In this document: piece after piece, positions 1 through 15,400 of the stretch
Numbering within the stretch: the first letter of the stretch is position 1
How the letters are laid out: each line of letters starts with the position of its first letter
DNA from: Euprymna scolopes
Taxonomy: Eukaryota
Length of the DNA stretch: 64,000 nucleotides
Strand: one strand, 5' to 3'
Assembly (NCBI GenBank): GCA_053919585.1
Contig: CM132819.1
Made by a program: the position numbers and the translations under genes
Notes under the pieces: generated by a model
Seen by the model: only the letters and a program-made list of their open reading frames with translations
What the model was told of the DNA's origin: nothing
Databases searched by the model: none

Positions 1-2444
1 TTTTAATAGGAAACCTTTTGATCTAACATTTTTACTGTTCAAGCGCGGTTCTTCACATCGCAAACTGGTTCCAAATACACTTTTTCGATCTTCTGTGTTT
101 TTGTTTTCATCGGAACACTTTGTATTTCACCTTTTCTCTTTATTAGTAAATAATCCGGTTGTCTCGACGTTTGGTCCTTCATCCCTTGCTTTAATTCATT
201 TGATTTCGTCTGCGTAAAAGTTAATATTTGATTTATATCCATAGCTATCACGAATTATTCTCATTATAGAAACTCACGCAAATTAAATTGAGTACAGATA
301 TTAGATTGAGAAGACTATTATTAAAAACGGTATTGTCACATACTATAAAATTACGCTGAGGATTAACAATTCAATGAGGCAAGATATTACGACGTCACGG
401 AAATAAAGTCTGAAATGAGACGTTATGAAGGAAAGAGATATGCAATTGCTCGCGACAGGAGATTTATTTTATGTAATAATTATAAGTTATCAAATAATGT
501 GAGGATAAGTATTCATAATATTGATTAATTTTCAATTTAATAATACAGAATATATTGAGAAAATAAGGCAGAACGAAAAAAAATGTTATTATTACTATGG
601 AGCGTATACGAAACGTATCTATTGTCACTGTATTTTAACACTATTATATTGAAGTTCTCAGAAAGTCAGTCATATGATAATGCGTTCTACGTAGGTGATA
701 TTCACTAAAAGAACATAATTATGTTAATGAATACTCCGTTTTATGCTAGACCAATATTGTTCACGTTATAGTCTATCAAGTTAAGAAAGCTCTGAGCGAC
801 AACACGACTTAAGTAATACTTCTACATCTACGGGTGTATATTAATATGCCAAATAATCGACATTTCCAAAAGGCATTAAACAAAAAGGGTCAGCGCTACC
901 TGTAAGACTATTACAGTGTTCGATTTGAAAGGAGGCGGATACGAAAAAAAAAGATCCTCATTTTTTTGGACCATGAACTACTAGTATGATCCGCAGTTTA
1001 ATCCCGATTAGAACTAACGTTTCTTAGTGCAAGACCGGATGCATGGCAACGAAACGATAAAGTAGATACCAAACTTGCGCTAAAGTTCCATTCAAATAAG
1101 AATTGAAATAAAAAAAAACTGAAGTAACGAACTCTTATCAGTTTTATTTAGTTGTATATGTTTCCTTGTTTTAAAAGTATATGAATGACTCATAAATAAT
1201 TAGCTGTAGATACTCAGATACTATATCAATATGTCGTGGATTATTTGGTTTACACTTGAGATATCAAACTGTTCAACATTTTATTACAATAGAAAATGCA
1301 TGCATGAAAAGTAATATGGTAAAGTGTAATCATGGAAAAAGAAAAGGACAAGATATTCTCGTAAAAATATAATACATTCATAATTTAAAATATTTCAGCA
1401 TTAAGAATTGGTTATATAATGTAAAATAAAATAAAAAAAACCCTTAACACTGCAATATTTTAAGTTATAAATTTATTATATTTTTTACTAGAATATCGTT
1501 TTCTTTTTCCTGTTTAAGCTTAATCATGTTACTTTTCATGCTCGAATTTTTCTATTGTAACCCATGATTTTTCCAGGCTTCCAGTAAATTTACGTGGGCT
1601 TTGTTTAATTTTAGATGATATTTTTGCCCCCATGAATATAACAAACACGCATGTAAAACAATGTATGCTTTCATTCTCTGTTTCACTTGTTACTTCTCTT
1701 TTCGCGAGGGCGGGGAATAAGTAGCAACAGTAGTCATTGAATCGACGATGTTGGTATGGAAGGCAGTCAGAAAAAACGTCGCTTATCTCCTCACGTTTTT
1801 TTTTTACGATTTTGAACACCAGTAAATTCAAGATAACTTTTATTTTACAGAACGAAAACTGATTTTCATTCCCAACGTAACTGAGAAGTAACAAACTCTA
1901 ATAATTGTTTGAAGTTTTGTCGAAAAATGAGTGAGCTGTGAAGCTTTAAAGCATTTCTAAATGACTAAATTTGTCACTTAAATATATACTTAAACACTAC
2001 CGTATTTGAATGATACACACTATTCGATAGAATAAAAAAATCCGATTCGCTTGGTCCACGACCGATATTGATCACTTTGTTTAAGACGTAAATTTCATAC
2101 GTTAAAGTATGTTTAATAAAAAATATATATGTTTAAAATAACCATACTATCTTGTAATTTGTTAGCATTAAAATTGTTCTACATTATATCTAAGTACATT
2201 CCACTCGGCTGTGAATTTGTTGAATAATAGGAGCTCAGAAAAAGAGGTGTAAATGTCCCACAATTCACAAGTATTTGAAATGCTTGAGTTCAAAAAGCAA
2301 CCTAGTAATTCAATGCATATAAATGTCCTAACTGCGCAGCCATGTATTTCACAGTTGTCCTGTTTTTAAATCTCTCAAACAACTACATGGTAGGCAGCTG
2401 ATGATCCCATTTTTCCATTTAACAATTTTAGTTAAGGTTTTCTG

Positions 2445-2677
2445 TTTTTCATACTTATATACATGGATTATTTTTTACCATTTTAGATTTTTATAAGTTT
2501 TCTTTTTTTCATACTTATATACATGGATTATTTTTTACCATTTTAGATTTTTATAAGTTTTCTTTTTTTCATACTTATATACATGGATTATTTTTTACCA
2601 TTTTAGATTTTTATAAGTTTTCTTTTTTTCATACTTATATACATGGATTATTTTTTATCATTTTACATTTTTATAAG
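2445..2677. repeat. 60-bp minisatellite, ~4 copies
   Basis: Consecutive 60-nt lines repeat almost exactly (acatggattattttttaccattttagatttttataagttttctttttttcatacttatat). Confidence 0.95.
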
Positions 2678-3302
2678 TCGGTTTATGCGAGTTCTAAGTC
2701 CATTTCTATTAAACGATTGTAGTTAAGTTTTTTAATCCGTATATAGCTGAATTCTCTTTTGTAAGTGTAGACATTTTAGAATAGAATATTCAAGTACTAA
2801 GTCTGCGCTAGGTTTAATTTGGTTTGTTTTTTACCCAGAATTTAAATTGCATTATTTATTTTTATTTATTTTCATATTTTTTGCTTCAAGATAAACTCAG
2901 ATACATTTGCACTCAATACGGCTACGTATTTGTGATAGCTTGAAATGAATAAAGATTAGCGTGGCTTAGTTAATATCAATATGGACTGTAGAATTGGATG
3001 TTTCAAGTTTTCACGTAATCGGTTTCAATGCTCTGTTTTATTCAACGATTCTCGCTACTTTCATGTGGTATATTTCTTACGTATTCAGTTTTTGTTAGAA
3101 AACTCGTCGAAAACCAAATTAAAAAAAAAAGAATCAAGGAACATTGATTCATACGTAATTACTTTATTTATAAAAATGCACGTTTTTTTATAATCGATAG
3201 TAGCTGAATACTAATAAATAGCTTCTACACCGAGAGGTAGCGGAAGCCGTCACTATTTTTATGGTATTACTCCAATCACCCTTCATTCAACAATTATAAT
3301 AC

Positions 3303-3308
<6 letters not shown>

Positions 3309-3349
<41 letters not shown>
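3309..3349. repeat. (TA)n microsatellite
   Basis: Direct reading. Similar (TA)n tracts at ~5809-5868, 24717-24776, 35705-35748, 38785-38836, 49029-49057, 49234-49282, 56554-56589 and 59897-59957. Confidence 0.95.
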
Positions 3350-3352
<3 letters not shown>

Positions 3353-5807
3353 GAGGAAGCAAGTAAAAATTGTTTAGTCATTGCCATGATTCTACTTCGT
3401 CTTCTAATCCATTAGCCAACACTATAATCACTTTAAGTGGTCACATTATAAGGATCGGATAATTATCTTAATTTTCTAACTATTTTCTAAAATTAAAACA
3501 AAAAAAACTCATTGTTCATCATTTTATTGATTCGAATGCATTTAACATACATATAATAGATAAATCCAATTCCTTTGTACTGAATATCCTTCTTATCCCA
3601 ACAAATCTATAAGGGTTCTTAATCGTAAATATTAAAAGAGACTTCCTTCTGCGCTTAAAGTGCTAAATCATTGGTAATAAGCAATTGTCGAATCCCCTCA
3701 CGTTCTTTGGTTTTATTGCTTGCTGTTTTTTTTGTTTTTTTGTACAGCCATCGTTTCTGGTTTATGACACAACGCCTATTTCTTCCCTAAAAGTGTCCTT
3801 TCGAGAAGCCGACCCTTGCCGTCCACACAACAAATCCTTCGTTCTAATCCGCGTATATCTCCCACCGGTCATCAAATGTGTGAACCCAGCAGCAGCTAAA
3901 AATTAGTTATTGTTCTTCTCTCGCCTTTGCGGTCAGCTCATTTGGCCCCAGTGACCATAAATAAGAACTCTTCATAGCGTCTCATTTCCAGACATAAAAT
4001 GGCCGCTGAGGTCAGTTTTCGACGCGCGCTTACGTGACATTTGTAACAATAGAGAAAACGAAGTTCAGTGTCTGAGCGACAATTGAGAAACCTGGAGAAA
4101 GGCTAGTCCGAATTATTACGTTGCACTATTATCTTTACGTGGAAATTCCAAGTCTTCTTGTTTCAGCCAGGTTCACAATTAACTGTTAATGATTATATTT
4201 TTCAGTCATCACTCAGAAAAGTTCACAGGCCCTTCCACATAAGGGCTAATCAGATTGTCAATTGGGTTGAATTGCATTGCTATGAGGGTATTAGATATAA
4301 TGATGGTTAGGGCATGATTTGATTTCTCACAAGGACAACAAGTATTGGTAAACATTCGTCTATAAACAGTACATTCAGCATAGAATCAATCACGTGGGAG
4401 CATGTTTCAGAAAATAGAAGTTCTGGGAAAAAATTCTGTTCTTAGAATTCATTTTCTATTCGGCACACAAAGGAAGAAACTATATTACTTTGCAATAATG
4501 ATAATTAGAATAGTTCTGGCTGTGAAAATGGGATCGACGAGATTCGAACTCGGTAGATACTTTTTCTCTTGAACCTAAATAAGAAAGATTTAATTGTATT
4601 AAAACCGTTGCCTTTTTGTCCAAAATTCTAATCATCAGTGCCGTATCAATAAATATAAAATAACATTAAACGATACTTTTTATATTGTGAATTGCAACAA
4701 TTTCATTCTTTTTTAATTACTAGATGTGTTATTTCTCCTCATCGTAAAATAACAGTAATATACTTTTCAAATGAACAGAACGAAAACTTTACCTTAGAAT
4801 TTAGTTATTATATAATTTAAATATTTTATAAATGCTGTTCTTACTATGAAAATACGCATTAACAAAATATTTAAAATAAATGACACAAATGTCTTAGTTT
4901 TTTTTTTCATTTATCGTTACAGTTAGGATATTTCGTATTTAGTGGATTTTCGGTAAGTGTTTCCATTACATATGTTTTTGTTACAAAATTTCAGTCCATG
5001 TAACCAAATACCTTAACAGGTGCACCGTTCCCAACTATACGAAATTTCTAACCAAATTTTTATTTAATCAAAGGGAGTAATTGTCTCTAGAACCATGACA
5101 AGTTAAGAGTCTTAAATACTCCATAATTGTACTTCTAGTTTTTATTACAAAAGACGTACAACAAAATTATTGCCGGAGATTATAGGTACAGATATGCTTT
5201 TCTATTTCATTACTTTCTTCTCACAGATGACAGCGTAAATGCAGTAACGTGGTTGACAAGTAAGCTAAAAACATGTGTCTGAAATAGGTTATATTTTATC
5301 GCTTAGAAATAATTTACTTTAATATATTGATTGCAATTACATCAGCGTTTAAATTGATATTATTGCAATATAATCATTAGTATGTATTACTGGCACACTC
5401 ACAAAATCACGCTGACAAACTCAATCATATATGTATAATCAAACATCGACGTCTATTTAAATATACTCATGTGTTCCACACGTATATGCAACAGTCCAGG
5501 AAGAAACTGAGAGAGAAAATAAGTGAAATGTTATAGGGGAGAGGCAATCATTATATGCAATTGCATTAAATAGAGATGCATATATTCTAGGAACGAAGTG
5601 ACCAGCAATGTATATAAAACCGAATTGAATCACCATTTTATTTGCTTTCTTAATTCGCATTCGCAATGTGCAATAGCGTGGAAACATAAATATATTGAAG
5701 ACGAAAGATGTAGTTTACTCTATACGTTGAAACAAAGTAGGGAACTATACTTTAGGTAGATCAACCATATATTTCGTATTTTATAAATTGTGTTCAATAA
5801 AAGTACG

Positions 5808-5877
<70 letters not shown>

Positions 5878-6444
5878 ATGGGTGGGTGTTAAAGCACACA
5901 TCATACACTGTTTTACCTTTTTAGTTTTAACATGCATTTCGATAAATATAATTGGGTTGCCAGTTATTATGCATTTGTTATAGACTGATGTGTGATCTAC
6001 TTGAAGGTATTGTGTAGCTACCTATCTAATAGTAAAATTGTTCTTACTAAATGTGTGATTAAACAATATTATATCACTCATGTATCAACAACTAGGACTT
6101 TTGACGCAAGATATCCTGTATTATATTATGACTTACGCCAGTAAGACGTCGCAGTTGTATGTAGTTGGAAATAACATGTAGCAGTATTAAATGAGTGATG
6201 GAGGCCCTATATTTCTTGGCAGAGAATGATAACCGTTACAATGTAATATTTTCCTATGTTCATAAACCAACATTTTATATTCAATTTTATTATCAATTAA
6301 TAGCCAGTAAAAACGGAAATCATGACAATCTCTTGGAATATTTGGCTTCTATATACGCTAAAATTATATTTAGATCATATATGCATATTTTAAGTTTAAG
6401 AGGTTTGAATGTGATGCCTTCAACATGATTCTATTCGGAATTGA

Positions 6445-9400
6445 GTAACATAGATATTTTTCACATAGATATTTGTAATTTAGATATTTGTAACATAGAT
6501 ATTTGTAATTTTCATATTTGTAACATAGATATTTGTCACAGATATTTGTAACATAGATATTTGTAATTTAGATATTTGTAACATAGATATTTGTAATTTA
6601 GATATTTGTCACATAGATATTTGTCACATAGATATTTGTAACATAGATATTTGTCACATAGATATTTGTAATTTAGATATTTGTCACATAGATATTTGTA
6701 AATAGATATTTGTAACATAGATATTTGTCACATAGATATTTGTAATTTAGGTATTTGTCAAATAGATATTTGTAATTTAGATATTTGTCACATAGGTATT
6801 TGTAATTTAGATATTTTTCACATAGATATTTGTAATTTAGATATTTTTCACATAGATATTTGCAATTTAGATATTTGTAATTTAGATATTTGTCACATAG
6901 ATATTTTAATTTAAATATTTGTCACATAGATATTTGTAACATAGATATTTGTAACATAGATATTTGTAACATAGATATTTGTAATTTAGATATTTGTCAC
7001 ACAGATATTTGTAATTTAGATATTTTTACATACACATTTGTAATGTAGATATTTGTAATTTAGATATTTGTAATTTAGATATTTGTAACATAGATATATG
7101 TCACATAGATATTTGTAATTTAGATATTTGTCACATAGATATTTGTCACATAGATATTTGTAACATAGATATTTGTAACATAGATATTTGTAACATAGAT
7201 ATTTGTAATTTAGATGTTTGTCACATAGATATTTATAATTTAGATATTTGTCACATAGATATTTGTAACAGATATTTTCCCATAGATATTTGTAATTTAG
7301 ATATTTGTCACATAGATATTTGTAACATAGATATTTGTAAGATAGATATTTGTAACATAGATATTTGTCACATAGATATTTGTAATTTAGATATTTGTGA
7401 CATAGATATTTTTAATTTAGATATTTGTAACATAGATATTAATAATTTAGATTTTTGTAACATAGATATTTGTAATTTAGATATTTTTCACAAAGATAAT
7501 TGTAATTTAGATATTTTTCACATAGATATTTGTAATTTAGATATTTTTCACATAGATATTTGTAATGTAGATATTTTTCACATAGATATTTGCAATTTAG
7601 ATATTTGTAATTTAGATATTTGTCACATAGATATTTGTAATTTAGATATTTTTCACATAGATATTTGTAATTTAGATATTTTTCAGATAGATATTTGTAA
7701 TTTAAATATTTGTCAGATAGATATATGTAATTTAGATATTTGTAACATAGATATTTTTAATTTAGATATTTGTAACATAGATATTTGTAATTTAGATATT
7801 TGTAACATAGATATTTGTCACATAAAAATTTGTAATTTAGATATTTGTAATTTAGATATTTGTAACATAGATATTTGTAATTTAGATATTTGTCACATAG
7901 ATATTTGTCACATAGATATTTGTAACATAGATATTTGTCACATAGATATTTGTAATTTAGATATTTGTAACATAGATATTTGTAACATAGATATTTGTAA
8001 CATAGATATTTGTCACATAGATATTTGTTATTTAGATATTTGTCACATAGATATTTGCAATTTAGATATTTGTAACATATATATTTTTCACATAGATATT
8101 TGTAACATAGATATTTGTCACATAGATATTTGCAATTTAGATATTTGTCACATTGATATTTTTAATTTAGATATTTTTCACATGGATATTTGTAATTTAG
8201 ATATTTGTCACATAGATATTTGTAATTTAGATATTTGTCACATAGATATTGGTAACATAGATATTTATAACATAGACATTTGTCCCATAGATATTTGTAA
8301 CATAGATATTTGTCACATAGATATTTGTAATTTGGATATTTGTCACATAGATATTTGTAAATAGATATTTGTAACATAGATATTTGTCACATAGATATTT
8401 GTAATTTAGGTATTTGTCAAATAGATATTTGTAATTTAGATATTTGTCACATAGGTATTTGTAATTTAGATATTTTTCACATAGATATTTGTAATTTAGA
8501 TATTTTTCACATAGATATTTGCAATTTAGATATTTGTAATTTAGATATTTGTCACATAGATATTTTAATTTAAATATTTGTCACATAGATATTTGTAACA
8601 TAGATATTTGTAACATAGATATTTGTAACATAGATATTTGTAATTTAGATATTTGTCACACGGATATTTGTAATTTAGATATTTTTACATACACATTTGT
8701 AATGTAGATATTTGTAATTTAGATATTTGTAATTTAGATATTTGTAACATAGATATATGTCACATAGATATTTGTAATTTAGATATTTGTCACATAGATA
8801 TTTGTCACATAGATATTTGTAACATAGATATTTGTAACATAGATATTTGTAACATAGATATTTGTAATTTAGATGTTTGTCACATAGATATTTATAATTT
8901 AGATATTTGTCACATAGATATTTGTAACAGATATTTTCCCATAGATATTTGTAATTTAGATATTTGTCACATAGATATTTGTAACATAGATATTTGTAAG
9001 ATAGATATTTGTAACATAGATATTTGTCACATAGATATTTGTAATTTAGATATTTGTGACATAGATATTTTTAATTTAGATATTTGTAACATAGATATTA
9101 ATAATTTAGATTTTTGTAACATAGATATTTGTAATTTAGATATTTTTCACAAAGATAATTGTAATTTAGATATTTTTCACATAGATATTTGTAATTTAGA
9201 TATTTTTCACATAGATATTTGTAATGTAGATATTTGTCACATAGATATTTGTAATTTAGATATTTGTAACATAGATATTTGTAATTTAGATATTTGTAAC
9301 ATAGATATTTGTCTCATAGATATTTTTAATTTAGATATTTGTAATTTAGATATTTGTAACATAGATATTTGTAATTTAGATATTTGTAATTTAGATATTT

Positions 9401-12400
9401 GTAACATAGATATTTGTCGGATAGATATTTGTAACATAGATATTTGTAATTTAGATATTTGTAACATAGATATTTGTAATGTAGATATTTGTAACATAGA
9501 TATTTGTAATTTAGATATTTGTAACATAGATATTTTCACATAGATATTTGCAACATAGATATGTGTCACATAGATATTTGTAATTTAGATATTTGTCACA
9601 TAGATATTTGTAATTTAGATATTTGTCCCATAGATATTTGTAATATTGATATTTGTCACATAGATATTTGTAACATAGATATTAATCACAATGCTATTTG
9701 TAATTTAGATATTTGTCACATAGATATTTGTAACATAGATATTTGTCACATATATATTTGTTACATAGATATTTTTATTTAGATATTTGTCACATAGATA
9801 TTTGTAATTTAGATGTTTGTCACATAGATATTGGTAATTTAGATATTTTTCACGTAGATATTTGTAATTTAGATATTTGTCACATAGATATTTGTAATTT
9901 AGATATTTGTCACATAGATATGTGTAATTTAGATATTTTTCACATAGATATTTGTAATTTAGATATTTGTCACATAGATATTCGTAACATAGATATTTGT
10001 CACATAGATATTTGTAACAAAGATATTTGTAACATAGATATTTGTAATTTAGATATTTGTCACATAGATGAGTGTAACATAGATATTTGTCACATATATA
10101 TTTGTAACATAGATATTTGTCACATAGATATTTGTAACATAGATATTTGTAACATAGATATTTGTCACATAGATATTTGTAATTTTGATATTTGTCACAT
10201 ATATGTGTGTAACATAGATATTTGTCACATAGATATTTGTAATTTAGATATTTGTCACATAGATATTTGTAATTTAGATATTTTTCACATAGATATTTGT
10301 AATTTAGATATTTTTCAGATAGATATTTGTAATTTAGATATTTGTCAGATAGATATATGTAATTTAGATATTTGTAACATAGATATTTTTAATTTAGATA
10401 TTTGTAACATAGATATTTGTAATTTAGATATTTGTAACATAGATATTTGTCACATAAAAATTTGTAATTTAGATATTTGTAATTTAGATATTTGTAACAT
10501 AGATATTTGTAATTTAGATATTTGTCACATAGATATTTGTCACATAGATATTTGTAACATAGATATTTGTCACATAGATATTTGTAATTTAGATATTTGT
10601 AACATAGATATTTGTAACATAGATATTTGTAACATAGATATTTGTCACATAGATATTTGTTATTTAGATATTTGTCACATAGATATTTGCAATTTAGATA
10701 TTTGTAACATATATATTTTTCACATAGATATTTGTAACATAGATATTTGTCACATAGATATTTGCAATTTAGATATTTGTCACATTGATATTTTTAATTT
10801 AGATATTTTTCACATGGATATTTGTAATTTAGATATTTGTCACATAGATATTTGTAATTTAGATATTTGTCACATAGATATTGGTAACATAGATATTTAT
10901 AACATAGACATTTGTCCCATAGATATTTGTAACATAGATATTTGTCACATAGATATTTGTAATTTGGATATTTGTCACATAGATATTTGTAAATAGATAT
11001 TTGTAACATAGATATTTGTCACATAGATATTTGTAATTTAGGTATTTGTCAAATAGATATTTGTAATTTAGATATTTGTCACATAGGTATTTGTAATTTA
11101 GATATTTTTCACATAGATATTTGTAATTTAGATATTTTTCACATAGATATTTGCAATTTAGATATTTGTAATTTAGATATTTGTCACATAGATATTTTAA
11201 TTTAAATATTTGTCACATAGATATTTGTAACATAGATATTTGTAACATAGATATTTGTAACATTAATATTTGTAATTTAGATATTTGTCACACGGATATT
11301 TGTAATTTAGATATTTTTACATACACATTTGTAATGTAGATATTTGTAATTTAGATATTTGTAATTTAGATATTTGTAACATAGATATATGTCACATAGA
11401 TATTTGTAATTTAGATATTTGTCACATAGATATTTGTCACATAGATATTTGTAACATAGATATTTGTAACATAGATATTTGTAACATAGATATTTGTAAT
11501 TTAGATGTTTGTCACATAGATATTTATAATTTAGATATTTGTCACATAGATATTTGTAACAGATATTTTCCCATAGATATTTGTAATTTAGATATTTGTC
11601 ACATAGATATTTGTAACATAGATATTTGTAAGATAGATATTTGTAACATAGATATTTGTCACATAGATATTTGTAATTTAGATATTTGTGACATAGATAT
11701 TTTTAATTTAGATATTTGTAACATAGATATTAATAATTTAGATTTTTGTAACATAGATATTTGTAATTTAGATATTTTTCACAAAGATAATTGTAATTTA
11801 GATATTTTTCACATAGATATTTGTAATTTAGATATTTTTCACATAGATATTTGTAATGTAGATATTTGTCACATAGATATTTGTAATTTAGATATTTGTA
11901 ACATAGATATTTGTAATTTAGATATTTGTAACATAGATATTTGTCTCATAGATATTTTTAATTTAGATATTTGTAATTTAGATATTTGTAACATAGATAT
12001 TTGTAATTTAGATATTTGTAATTTAGATATTTGTAACATAGATATTTGTCGGATAGATATTTGTAACATAGATATTTGTAATTTAGATATTTGTAACATA
12101 GATATTTGTAATGTAGATATTTGTAACATAGATATTTGTAATTTAGATATTTGTAACATAGATATTTTCACATAGATATTTGCAACATAGATATGTGTCA
12201 CATAGATATTTGTAATTTAGATATTTGTCACATAGATATTTGTAATTTAGATATTTGTCCCATAGATATTTGTAATATTGATATTTGTCACATAGATATT
12301 TGTAACATAGATATTAATCACAATGCTATTTGTAATTTAGATATTTGTCACATAGATATTTGTAACATAGATATTTGTCACATATATATTTGTTACATAG

Positions 12401-15400
12401 ATATTTTTATTTAGATATTTGTCACATAGATATTTGTAATTTAGATGTTTGTCACATAGATATTGGTAATTTAGATATTTTTCACGTAGATATTTGTAAT
12501 TTAGATATTTGTCACATAGATATTTGTAATTTAGATATTTGTCACATAGATATGTGTAATTTAGATATTTTTCACATAGATATTTGTAATTTAGATATTT
12601 GTCACATAGATATTCGTAACATAGATATTTGTCACATAGATATTTGTAACAAAGATATTTGTAACATAGATATTTGTAATTTAGATATTTGTCACATAGA
12701 TGAGTGTAACATAGATATTTGTCACATATATATTTGTAACATAGATATTTGTCACATAGATATTTGTAACATAGATATTTGTAACATAGATATTTGTCAC
12801 ATAGATATTTGTAATTTTGATATTTGTCACATATATGTGTGTAACATAGATATTTGTCACATAGATATTTGTAATTTAGATATTTGTCACATAGATATTT
12901 GTAATTTAGATATTTTTCACATAGATATTTGTAATTTAGATATTTTTCAGATAGATATTTGTAATTTAGATATTTGTCAGATAGATATATGTAATTTAGA
13001 TATTTGTAACATAGATATTTTTAATTTAGATATTTGTAACATAGATATTTGTAATTTAGATATTTGTAACATAGATATTTGTCACATAAAAATTTGTAAT
13101 TTAGATATTTGTAATTTAGATATTTGTAACATAGATATTTGTAATTTAGATATTTGTCACATAGATATTTGTCACATAGATATTTGTAACATAGATATTT
13201 GTCACATAGATATTTGTAATTTAGATATTTGTAACATAGATATTTGTAACATAGATATTTGTAACATAGATATTTGTCACATAGATATTTGTTATTTAGA
13301 TATTTGTCACATAGATATTTGCAATTTAGATATTTGTAACATATATATTTTTCACATAGATATTTGTAACATAGATATTTGTCACATAGATATTTGCAAT
13401 TTAGATATTTGTCACATTGATATTTTTAATTTAGATATTTTTCACATGGATATTTGTAATTTAGATATTTGTCACATAGATATTTGTAATTTAGATATTT
13501 GTCACATAGATATTGGTAACATAGATATTTATAACATAGACATTTGTCCCATAGATATTTGTAACATAGATATTTGTCACATAGATATTTGTAATTTGGA
13601 TATTTGTCACATAGATATTTGTAAATAGATATTTGTAACATAGATATTTGTCACATAGATATTTGTAATTTAGGTATTTGTCAAATAGATATTTGTAATT
13701 TAGATATTTGTCACATAGGTATTTGTAATTTAGATATTTTTCACATAGATATTTGTAATTTAGATATTTTTCACATAGATATTTGCAATTTAGATATTTG
13801 TAATTTAGATATTTGTCACATAGATATTTTAATTTAAATATTTGTCACATAGATATTTGTAACATAGATATTTGTAACATAGATATTTGTAACATAGATA
13901 TTTGTAATTTAGATATTTGTCACACGGATATTTGTAATTTAGATATTTTTACATACACATTTGTACTGTAGATATTTGTAATTTAGATATTTGTAATTTA
14001 GATATTTGTAACATAGATATATGTCACATAGATATTTGTAATTTAGATATTTGTCACATAGATATTTGTCACATAGATATTTGTAACATAGATATTTGTA
14101 ACATAGATATTTGTAACATAGATATTTGTAATTTAGATGTTTGTCACATAGATATTTATAATTTAGATATTTGTCACATAGATATTTGTAACAGATATTT
14201 TCCCATAGATATTTGTAATTTAGATATTTGTCACATAGATATTTGTAACATAGATATTTGTAAGATAGATATTTGTAACATAGATATTTGTCACATAGAT
14301 ATTTGTAATTTAGATATTTGTGACATAGATATTTTTAATTTAGATATTTGTAACATAGATATTAATAATTTAGATTTTTGTAACATAGATATTTGTAATT
14401 TAGATATTTTTCACAAAGATAATTGTAATTTAGATATTTTTCACATAGATATTTGTAATTTAGATATTTTTCACATAGATATTTGTAATGTAGATATTTG
14501 TCACATAGATATTTGTAATTTAGATATTTGTAACATAGATATTTGTAATTTAGATATTTGTAACATAGATATTTGTCTCATAGATATTTTTAATTTAGAT
14601 ATTTGTAATTTAGATATTTGTAACATAGATATTTGTAATTTAGATATTTGTAATTTAGATATTTGTAACATAGATATTTGTCGGATAGATATTTGTAACA
14701 TAGATATTTGTAATTTAGATATTTGTAACATAGATATTTGTAATGTAGATATTTGTAACATAGATATTTGTAATTTAGATATTTGTAACATAGATATTTT
14801 CACATAGATATTTGCAACATAGATATGTGTCACATAGATATTTGTAATTTAGATATTTGTCACATAGATATTTGTAATTTAGATATTTGTCCCATAGATA
14901 TTTGTAATATTGATATTTGTCACATAGATATTTGTAACATAGATATTAATCACAATGCTATTTGTAATTTAGATATTTGTCACATAGATATTTGTAACAT
15001 AGATATTTGTCACATATATATTTGTTACATAGATATTTTTATTTAGATATTTGTCACATAGATATTTGTAATTTAGATGTTTGTCACATAGATATTGGTA
15101 ATTTAGATATTTTTCACGTAGATATTTGTAATTTAGATATTTGTCACATAGATATTTGTAATTTAGATATTTGTCACATAGATATGTGTAATTTAGATAT
15201 TTTTCACATAGATATTTGTAATTTAGATATTTGTCACATAGATATTCGTAACATAGATATTTGTCACATAGATATTTGTAACAAAGATATTTGTAACATA
15301 GATATTTGTAATTTAGATATTTGTCACATAGATGAGTGTAACATAGATATTTGTCACATATATATTTGTAACATAGATATTTGTCACATAGATATTTGTA

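Noticed and set aside
4530-4556. tRNA gene (minus gagttcgaatctc, B-box-like)
   Set aside because: No A box or cloverleaf is discernible. At most it is an old SINE remnant.
39-6428. Short ORFs in the first 6 kb
   Set aside because: They are 60-120 aa, have no recognisable domains, and are consistent with chance ORFs in AT-rich DNA.
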